A program made the translations under genes and the position numbers. From Alphaproteobacteria bacterium (GTDB taxonomy: Bacteria > Pseudomonadota > Alphaproteobacteria > RF32 > CAG-239): DNA of 64,000 bases. Positions 57,236 through 64,000 of the stretch are shown here, in pieces. The stretch's first letter is position 1, and every line of letters begins with the position of its first letter. The stretch is taken from positions 954-64,953 of the forward strand of contig JAFUYI010000009.1 in the NCBI GenBank assembly GCA_017470585.1. Reading direction: 5' to 3'. The notes below the pieces were generated by a model that saw nothing but the letters and a program-made list of their open reading frames with translations, searched no databases and was not told where the DNA came from.

Positions 57236-58564
57236 TCAATATCCGTAATATTTTTGACGGCTGATGAAAAAATAAATACTTGTACTCAAAGCCAAAATCT
57301 CGGCAATAATAATCGCCGCCCATATACCGCCCACTCCGAAAAATGCCGGAATTACCATCACACAGATACATTCAAAAACCAAGGTTCGCAACACGGAAAT
57401 TACCGCCGAAACAATCCCGTTGTTTAAGGCCGTAAAAAATGAAGAAGCAAAAATTGAAAAACCCGCAAACAAAAACGATACGGCATAAATGCGAAATCCC
57501 TCAACGGTAAGTCTAAAAAGCTCATTATTGTTTTGAATAAAAAACGAGGTTAAAAAGGGCGCGAAAAATTCGGCAGATAAAGTCATCAAAATTGCAAAAC
57601 AAAAAATTATTTTCAAATTTTTAACAAAAAGACTGTGCAGTTCCGCATGATTTTTGGCTCCGAAATGAAAACTCGTAATCGGTGCGCTCCCGAAGGCATA
57701 ACCTAAAAAGAGGGCGGCAAAAACAAAGCTCAAATAAGTAATAATGCCGTATGCCGCTACGCCGTTTTCTCCCAAAAAAAGTAACATTTGATAATTATAA
57801 AGCGTGGTAACGACGGCCTGTGAAATAACCGTTACGAACTCGCTTAATCCGTTGGTGCAAATTTTTAAAAGTGAATGCCAATAAAGCGATGTCTTGCCCA
57901 ATCGCAAAGGACTCTTATTGTCAATGCAAAAATAAATCAACGGAATAAGTCCGCCGACCATAATTCCCGCGGAAGTCGCCAGAGCCGCCCCGATAAGCCC
58001 CATATTAAGTTTAACGATAAAAAGGGCGTCCAAAACAATATTGGTCATACCCGAAATAAAAGTAACCGCAAACCCTAATTTCGGTCTTTCCGCCGTAACC
58101 AGCAGGGATTGAAAAGTATATTGCAGCATAAAAAAAGGTATAGCGGGAATAATAATCCGCGAATATTTAAGAGCGGCCGCCAATAACTCCCCGTGTGCGC
58201 CGAATGCCTCCAAAATCGGCTTAATCAGCCAAATTCCGCCAATGGCAATAATAATCCCTAAAATTATTGCCGTATAAATAAGAAGCGAAAAAATCCTTAA
58301 CGCCTTAAACTTTCGCCCCTCGCCCAAAGTTTTGGCAATCAAGGCACTGCCGCCGGAACCGAACATAAAACCGATAGCTCCGAAAATCATAATAAACGGC
58401 CATACCAGATTTATGGCGGCAAACTGGGTAACATCGGTATAATTGGAGATGAACAACCCGTCAACAATGCTGTAAAACGATGTAAAAATCATCATACAGA
58501 TTGACGGAGCAGTAAAGCGCAAAAGCTTGGTGTATGTGAAATGATCCGAAAGCTGAATATTCAT
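57236..58564 (-). CDS. MATE family efflux transporter
   Basis: Twelve-TM MATE-like sequence from MNIQLSDHFTYTKLLRFTAPS.... ORF-track start 58864 is upstream; the ATG at 58562-58564 is the likely true start (~442 aa). Confidence 0.8.
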   Translation of the reverse strand: MNIQLSDHFTYTKLLRFTAPSICMMIFTSFYSIVDGLFISNYTDVTQFAAINLVWPFIMIFGAIGFMFGSGGSALIAKTLGEGRKFKALRIFSLLIYTAIILGIIIAIGGIWLIKPILEAFGAHGELLAAALKYSRIIIPAIPFFMLQYTFQSLLVTAERPKLGFAVTFISGMTNIVLDALFIVKLNMGLIGAALATSAGIMVGGLIPLIYFCIDNKSPLRLGKTSLYWHSLLKICTNGLSEFVTVISQAVVTTLYNYQMLLFLGENGVAAYGIITYLSFVFAALFLGYAFGSAPITSFHFGAKNHAELHSLFVKNLKIIFCFAILMTLSAEFFAPFLTSFFIQNNNELFRLTVEGFRIYAVSFLFAGFSIFASSFFTALNNGIVSAVISVLRTLVFECICVMVIPAFFGVGGIWAAIIIAEILALSTSIYFFISRQKYYGY

Positions 58565-58645
58565 AACAAAAACCTTGAAAAGGTTTATAATCATCGTTTT
58601 ATGACTTGTCAATACCCGTATTTTTGACAATTTAAAACTTTTTGC

Positions 58646-58910
58646 TTGATTTAGAATAAAAATTATGGTACAGTTTTTCTGAAACGGACGGAAAGCCGTT
58701 TTGAGGTCTGATAGCCTCGTAACAACCGTTTGTACCGAAGCGTAAATCGGTATATATCCGATCTTTATGGTTGGAAGGTGTGGAAATAAGGTTAGACCGA
58801 ATACCGCACACTGCTTGTTGTTAGTAGTTATCAGCTTCCAACCACCTCGCGGGCTAAAGCCCAACGGGTGGTTTTCTTTATAAATTTGATAAAAGAAGGA
58901 AGTTTGAATA
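58646..58910 (+). promoter_or_regulatory. Promoter (-35 TTGATT, 17 bp, -10 TACAGT) plus structured leader of paralog 8
   Basis: P1 AAACGG/CCGTTT (fully compensatory), P2 GAGG/CCTC, outer helix ggttggaag/cttccaacc, P3a GTGTG/CACAC, terminator CCACCTcgcgggctaaagcccaacgGGTGG + ttttcttt. Confidence 0.6.
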
Positions 58911-59449
58911 TGAAAAACTATATTTTAATGCTCGGCATTGCCGCGGTTGCTCTTGGCTCATATTGTGCCTATGCCGGAAATTCCGCCACGATGACTGTTA
59001 CTGCCACAATCGCCCATGATGTGAGTTTGACCAAAACCGGCGATTTAGACCTTGGCACAATCACCACCAACCCGGCGTATGATGGAGATGACACAGATTG
59101 GTCGTATGATTATACAGGAAACATTATTTATTATACACAAGGTGCTATTGTGTCAGCTCAAGATACTAGGGTTGGTATGTTTACCGCCAATATTGCAAAT
59201 CCCGCAGATTGTAATGGAATAGATATTCCTTGCGGAGGATTGAGCGTTACAGGAAATATTGGTTACTCCTCCATATATAATCTCTTTGGCGGAAATGATA
59301 ATAGTAATCACTGCGAATTTATCATTAAAGCCAGTGAGCCGGAATATAACTTTGCTGTATTTCCTTTTTCTTGCTCTATAAATGATGTATCAAAAGTCAC
59401 CACTGGCGAACACTCCGGCACTTTGACTATATCTTATAATCCTGAATAA
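58911..59449 (+). CDS. Secreted beta-rich protein, paralog 8
   Basis: 179 aa. The first ~52 aa and last ~20 aa (plus ~35 nt downstream) are near-identical to paralog 6; the centre is unrelated. Confidence 0.8.
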
Positions 59450-59604
59450 CAAATTAAAAACGAATCGGACGGAGAGGAAATTCTCACCTCTCCGCCAAAA
59501 TTTTAAAAATCACCGAATATTATGTGGGTTTTTACAATCTTGGGAACGATTATATATTTTTTTACCGTCTTTTATTTTTATTCAGCAAAGAATTTGCTGT
59601 CAAA

Positions 59605-59692
59605 TTTCCCAAAAATTTGGAAAAAACGCTTTATTTTTCCCAAAAATTTTGTTAGAATCATTTTATCATTAAAAAATTTCCCAAAAATTTGG
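59605..59692 (+). repeat. Three direct repeats of tttcccaaaaatttgg (imperfectly palindromic) ending at an SD (ggagg)
   Basis: Copies at 59605-59620, ~59634-59650 (one base differs) and 59677-59692; the last abuts ggaggtttt-ATG. Confidence 0.5.
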
Positions 59693-59699
59693 AGGTTTT

Positions 59700-59801
59700 A
59701 TGAATTTACCGGTTGAAGAAGTTTTCATTACAGACACATCAAAATCTTACCAATACCACATTTGGCAGAAGGAAGGAAAAATCAGATTAAAGTTACCATA
59801 A
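59700..59801 (+). CDS. Possible 33-aa small ORF (MNLPVEEVFITDTSKSYQYHIWQKEGKIRLKLP) with strong SD
   Basis: ATG 7 nt after GGAGG. Below the ORF-track cut-off. No homology inferable. Confidence 0.2.
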   Translation: MNLPVEEVFITDTSKSYQYHIWQKEGKIRLKLP

Positions 59802-59827
59802 GTTTTAGGTGTTTTGCAAAATTTTGC

Positions 59828-60092
59828 TTTACATAAAAGATTTTTTGTGCTAGTTTATGCTTGAAGTGAATGAAAAGTCACTTTGAGGTGTCGTAACCTC
59901 TCCCAAATTGTCCGACAAGACATAAAAATTGCTTCTAACCGTACTATGGTTGGAAGGTTGGGAAATATAAAGAATACCTGACACTGTTATTTGGGACAGT
60001 TACGAACTTCCAACCACCTCGCGGCTTTAAAGAGCCAAAAGGTGGTTTCTTTTATTAAAGTTATAAAAAAATTAAAAAAGGAAGTTTAGATT
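59828..60092 (+). promoter_or_regulatory. Promoter (-35 TTTACA, 17 bp, -10 TAGTTT) plus structured leader of paralog 9
   Basis: P1 AAGTGA/TCACTT, P2 GAGG/CCTC, outer helix ggttggaag/cttccaacc, inner hairpin CTGTtatttgggACAG, terminator CCACCT...AGGTGG + tttctttt. Confidence 0.6.
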
Positions 60093-60626
60093 ATGAAAAA
60101 TTATATTTTAATGCTCGGCATTGCCGGGGTTGCTCTTGGCAGTTATACTGCTTATGCTTCCAACTCGGCAACGATGAATGTAACCGCCACCATCGCCCAC
60201 GATGTGAGCTTAAACGTTACCGACGACATCGACTTTGGAACCATTACTATCAATCCGGCTGCTCTTCAGGAGGCGAACATACTAACAATTATGTACAATC
60301 ACAACGGAACGATCATGAGTAAAGACACCGGCATTATCAGTGCCACAATGGCCTCTCCGGGAGGATTTACCGCCAATATTCCCAATCCGTCCGCTTGCAG
60401 TGCGGCAAGTGATTCTTGCGGAGGATTAGACTTACCCAACACCAACTCAGGTGAACTTAAGTTCACAGGTGCCACATATTCTTATTGTCAAATGTATATT
60501 AAATATACAGGAAATGCGAATGAGTTTAAAATGGTTCCTGTCGAATTTGCTATTGTTTCCAAAGATATAAATCTCAATGGCGAATATTCAATGGAGGTAA
60601 CCATATCTTACACTCCGGAAAGCTGA
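60093..60626 (+). CDS. Secreted beta-rich protein, paralog 9
   Basis: 177 aa; MKNYILMLGIAGVALGSYTAYASNSATMNVTATIAHDVSL...PSACSAASDSCGGL...YCQMYIKY...VTISYTPES. Confidence 0.8.
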   Translation: MKNYILMLGIAGVALGSYTAYASNSATMNVTATIAHDVSLNVTDDIDFGTITINPAALQEANILTIMYNHNGTIMSKDTGIISATMASPGGFTANIPNPSACSAASDSCGGLDLPNTNSGELKFTGATYSYCQMYIKYTGNANEFKMVPVEFAIVSKDINLNGEYSMEVTISYTPES

Positions 60627-60662
60627 CATCCGAGGGGGATTGTTTTGCGATCCCCCCTGTTT
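60627..60662. terminator. Bidirectional terminator between paralog 9 and comEC
   Basis: gagggggattgttttgcgatcccccc hairpin. Confidence 0.55.
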
Positions 60663-62538
60663 ATCTTCCCTTATTCCACGGGCGGAAACCGATATAATCG
60701 CGGATGGTTTTAATATTATTGCCGTAAACGCTATAGCCGATTGCCTCTTCCCAATCTATGTCCGCAAGCTTTGGTCTTTCTAAAGATTTATCTTCCTTGC
60801 CGTTCTTGCAGACAAATTTTTGCCGCCAATTTTCTTTCATCCAGCGATTGCCGCCGGAGAGAGTTTGCAGGCATCCGTATTTATTTTTCAGGGCAATCGT
60901 ATTTCCTTTATCGCCTACCACCATATCGGGAACTTCAACCATAAACAAACTCAAAGCACTGCCCAAAATTAAAACCAGTCCCCAATATCTTATTTTGGAA
61001 TTGTTAAGACACAGCCACAGCAACCCGAAAGTAACGGCAATCATCGCTATAAGAGGAGGAGAATACACCTCAATCACGGATGAGGGGAGTCCCGCGACAT
61101 AAGAAGTTATTTCATTTAAGAATTTAATCCCCAGACCTGCAACTTTTAACGGCCACACATAAAAACCAAACGGCATACTCAAAAGGGTAATTAAAATTGC
61201 CGGCATAATCATAAAACCGATGAGAGGACCTGCCAAAAGATTGGTAAGCGAGGTATAAAGCGAAAAACGATTGAAATGGTAGATGGTAAAAGGAAGCGTT
61301 GCAAGGCTTGCCACCAAATCCGCAACTATGATGCCCAGCAAATAGGCAATCATCGTATTAAATGTGCGGCGTATAAATCCGGCTTCGGGATTAAAGATAA
61401 ATTGCTCTATTTTTCCGCCGCATTTTTCATAGAATGCCACCAAGGCAACCACAGCGGCAAAAGATAATTGAAAGCTGATATTGATAAGCATTTGCGGGGA
61501 AAAGATTAAAATTATCATTGCGGCAATCATAAGACTGCGCATTGATATAGCGTGTCTTTCAAGAATTACCGCCCACATCACGATAAAAGTCATAATATAG
61601 GCTCTTTGTGCCGGAACGGCAAAGCCCGAAATCATTAAATACAGCGTACTGACTATAATTCCCGCTACCGCCGCAGCTTTCTTGGAATTATACTTTAAGG
61701 ACAGGCACGGGAAAAACGCCATCAACAGCCGAATCAAAAAGAAAGTCAATCCCGCAATCATACTCATATGAAGACCGGATATAGACAGAAAATGTGATAA
61801 TCCGGCATCTTGATAGGAAGAAGTCTGTTCTCTTTTCATCAATTCGCGGTTACCGGTAATAATTGCTGTTGCGATGGCTGCTTCATCTTCGGGAAGAACT
61901 GCCGCTATTTTATTTTTGATATTTTCTCTTAAACCGTGAAGTTTTAGGATAAACGGGTTAATGCTTTTCTCACACTTAATCGGATAAATTTCGCTTAACA
62001 CATAGCCTTGAGCGTTAATACCTTCAAAAAACAATTTTCTGTCCGGTTGATAGCCGCCGACCATATCGGCCTTCATCGGCGGAGAGATTTCGGCAGTTAA
62101 TTCCACACACTCCCCTACTTTTAACTTTTGATTTTTGCGCATAACGGTTAAGCGATAACGACCTTTGAGAGAATCGCCGCTGAAATTTTTGATATTATCC
62201 AGCAATATCCTCTTTCTGGAATTGTAATTGGTATCAATATTTATGATTGTTCCCTGCAGATAAAATCTGCCGTTCAGAGCCTCGGGTAAATTTTTATCCA
62301 AATAGAGAGTTTTTAATTCAATATCGGCAAATCCCGCCAAAACAACACCGACGCAGGCGATAATTTTTAAGACTTGCGGATGGAATCTGGCAACAAACGC
62401 CGTTAGAAGCAATATTTCCATTAACGCCAAAGTAAGCCACTGCGAAGGCTCAAAGGGAAGACAAAAATATCCTCCTATACCGATGCCGAACAGAACCGGA
62501 AGCCATAAAATACCGTTATTGGTGTTATCGTTTGTCAA
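60661..62538 (-). CDS. comEC: ComEC/Rec2 family DNA internalization channel protein
   Basis: 625 aa polytopic membrane protein with competence-domain motif ...GLSHFLSISGLHMSMIAGL.... No C-terminal metallo-beta-lactamase domain. Confidence 0.75.
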   Translation of the reverse strand: MTNDNTNNGILWLPVLFGIGIGGYFCLPFEPSQWLTLALMEILLLTAFVARFHPQVLKIIACVGVVLAGFADIELKTLYLDKNLPEALNGRFYLQGTIINIDTNYNSRKRILLDNIKNFSGDSLKGRYRLTVMRKNQKLKVGECVELTAEISPPMKADMVGGYQPDRKLFFEGINAQGYVLSEIYPIKCEKSINPFILKLHGLRENIKNKIAAVLPEDEAAIATAIITGNRELMKREQTSSYQDAGLSHFLSISGLHMSMIAGLTFFLIRLLMAFFPCLSLKYNSKKAAAVAGIIVSTLYLMISGFAVPAQRAYIMTFIVMWAVILERHAISMRSLMIAAMIILIFSPQMLINISFQLSFAAVVALVAFYEKCGGKIEQFIFNPEAGFIRRTFNTMIAYLLGIIVADLVASLATLPFTIYHFNRFSLYTSLTNLLAGPLIGFMIMPAILITLLSMPFGFYVWPLKVAGLGIKFLNEITSYVAGLPSSVIEVYSPPLIAMIAVTFGLLWLCLNNSKIRYWGLVLILGSALSLFMVEVPDMVVGDKGNTIALKNKYGCLQTLSGGNRWMKENWRQKFVCKNGKEDKSLERPKLADIDWEEAIGYSVYGNNIKTIRDYIGFRPWNKGR

Positions 62539-62664
62539 TGTGGTTTTCCTTTGATTTCAGACAACACTATAAACTTTAAGGCGGAAATTCTCAAGATTTT
62601 AATTGAAATAAGCACACTTTCTTATTATATTGCCTTTATTATATTGCCCTTAAAGGAGAAAAAT

Positions 62665-63339
62665 ATGAAAGTTGCGGTTGTTTTATCGGGATGCGGACTG
62701 TTTGACGGCAGTGAAATCCACGAATCGGTTTTAACTTTGCTCAACCTTGACAAACAAGGCGTGCAATATCAATGCTTTGCCCCCAATATCGAGCAAGCAA
62801 GAGTAGTAAACCATTTTACACGCGAAGAGCAGGAAAACGAAGTGCGTAACGTTTTGGTTGAATCGGCAAGAATTGCCCGCGGCAATATCTATGATTTGCG
62901 TGATTTTAACGTGATAGATTTTGATGCTGTCATATTCCCCGGCGGAAGAGGAGCGGTTTCCAACCTCTGCGACTTCGGAGAGCACGGCGCAAGCTGTGAA
63001 ATACACCCCGAAATTGCCCGCGTGTTAGAGGACTGTTTTGAAAGCAGAATGCCTATCGGAGCAATTTGCATTGCACCGGCAATGATTGCCTGCGTTTTGG
63101 GACAATACGGCATAAAACTTACCATCGGCAACGATGAAAAGGTTGCCTCCGTATTGGAAAAAGCGGGGGCAAAACATCAGGTATGCACCGCCTTTGATGC
63201 CGTTGTTGATGAGAAAAACTTAATTGTTTCCACTCCGGCTTATATGCTTGCCCGATCCGTCAAAGAAGTGGATGCGGGAATTGCCCGGCTGGTTGAGGAA
63301 ATCATCCGCCTAAAACATAGTCTTGATGAGAATTTGTAA
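62665..63339 (+). CDS. elbB: Isoprenoid biosynthesis glyoxalase ElbB (DJ-1/PfpI superfamily)
   Basis: MKVAVVLSGCGLFDGSEIHESVLTLL...CFAPN...PGGRGA...CIAPAM...VSTPAYM aligns closely with E. coli ElbB. Start at ATG 62665 (RBS aaaggagaa) within ORF 62551-63339. Confidence 0.85.
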   Translation: MKVAVVLSGCGLFDGSEIHESVLTLLNLDKQGVQYQCFAPNIEQARVVNHFTREEQENEVRNVLVESARIARGNIYDLRDFNVIDFDAVIFPGGRGAVSNLCDFGEHGASCEIHPEIARVLEDCFESRMPIGAICIAPAMIACVLGQYGIKLTIGNDEKVASVLEKAGAKHQVCTAFDAVVDEKNLIVSTPAYMLARSVKEVDAGIARLVEEIIRLKHSLDENL

Positions 63340-64000
63340 CTTACGGAGCTTGCTGATTTCCGGCTTGGGTGAGATAATCTCCCAACCGCGTTTTTCCATA
63401 ATATCAAAATATTTTTTGTAAATATCCAAAATCAATCGCAACGGACGGGCGGTTTTCTTGTCTAAAAGGGATAAGACATCATAGGCTAAATGGTAGTTTT
63501 CGGCGGCAATGCCGGCTAAATTACGGCGGGCGATTGCCAAATTTTTATCCACCAACACCGTTTTGGGATCGGTGGAGGTAATCCCTGCTTCAAGTAACAG
63601 TTCCTGCGGCACATAAAGCCGATTATTGTTGGCATCTTCTTTAATGTTACGCAGAATATTGGTAATTTGCACTGCGGTTCCCATGGAATTGGAAAGATCA
63701 CCGATGATTTTTTCATCACTGCAGCCGAAAACCCGCAAAGAGAGGCTGCCTGTCATTCCGCCGACACCGCGGCAATATCCGGTCAGCTGTTTTAAGGTCG
63801 GAGCTTGCAGGGGGGTATTGACATTTTTGGAAATAATATCAAGCATATTGATAAATTCATCTTTAGGAAGCTTAAAACGCAGGCAATTTTTATAAATGCG
63901 TCTGCCGATCTCGGTTGCCGGAACTTTTTTATCAAAAATATTATCCAATTCCAAATGCCAGCCGTTGATAATTTCCTGTTTTTCCTTGTCATTTAAGGAA
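63310..64000 (-). CDS. Squalene/phytoene synthase family protein (HpnD/HpnC/CrtB-like), C-terminal part; continues beyond the window end
   Basis: ...YCRGVGGMTGSLSLRVFG...AVQITNILRNIKEDANNNRLYVPQELLLEAGI... matches the isoprenoid synthase C-terminal motifs. The reading frame stays open upstream to position 64000. Confidence 0.6.
   Translation of the reverse strand, partial: SLNDKEKQEIINGWHLELDNIFDKKVPATEIGRRIYKNCLRFKLPKDEFINMLDIISKNVNTPLQAPTLKQLTGYCRGVGGMTGSLSLRVFGCSDEKIIGDLSNSMGTAVQITNILRNIKEDANNNRLYVPQELLLEAGITSTDPKTVLVDKNLAIARRNLAGIAAENYHLAYDVLSLLDKKTARPLRLILDIYKKYFDIMEKRGWEIISPKPEISKLRKLQILIKTMF

Noticed and set aside
56736-57371. ORF-track start at 57371 for the secreted hypothetical protein
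   Set aside because: The upstream 61 codons overlap the MATE 3' end. The internal ATG at 57188 has an SD (aaaggagag) and begins a signal peptide.
57236-58864. ORF-track start of the MATE transporter at 58864 (542 aa)
   Set aside because: The first 100 codons overlap the paralog 8 promoter and leader region and are not MATE-like. The internal ATG at 58564 gives a typical ~442-aa MATE protein.

Overview
This 64-kb window from a low-GC (~40%) proteobacterium combines housekeeping genes with a large accessory region. An alpha-type ribosomal protein S21 and the leuS-lptE-holA order suggest Alphaproteobacteria, probably host-associated; that is inference. Housekeeping genes I can support: dnaK (partial), a thymidine-phosphorylase-family gene, accD, a LapA-like gene, ihfB, rmuC, accA, uvrB, trxB, rpsU, leuS, lptE, holA, xseA, an M23 peptidase, uppP, a MATE transporter, comEC, elbB and a partial squalene/phytoene-synthase-like gene. 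Two things stand out.

(1) Nine same-strand paralogs encode small secreted, beta-rich proteins of about 160-180 aa that resemble SCPU/Csu pilin subunits. Their signal peptide, the N-terminal 'SATMTVTATIAHDVSL' core and the C-terminal 'GTLTISYNPE' motif are conserved, but the central regions are hypervariable and mosaic. Each copy carries its own sigma70-like promoter with a 17-bp spacer and a roughly 230-nt 5' leader. The leaders show strong compensatory base changes in at least four helices, end in a terminator-like hairpin with a U-run just before the RBS, and contain conserved unpaired motifs. This looks like a new structured cis-regulatory RNA, possibly a riboswitch or attenuator.

(2) A minus-strand VirB-type T4SS operon of about 24.6 kb sits inside this paralog array. 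Its order is virB3-virB4-[four secreted coiled-coil proteins]-virB8b-virB7-like-virB8a-virB9-[1832-aa repeat protein]-[virB10 carrying a ~1000-aa N-terminal repeat region]-virB11. The 1832-aa protein and the VirB10 N-terminus share the same 20-22-aa 'DxxGxVIGxVxxDGxVVD' repeat. The window contains no polytopic VirB6, no VirB2 and no VirD4.

Other accessory content: two hicBA modules (one hicA frameshifted in an A7 run) with a conserved palindromic operator; an orphan C5 cytosine methyltransferase next to a serine recombinase; a Fic protein; a FliM/FliN-like SpoA protein; and several small direct-repeat elements.
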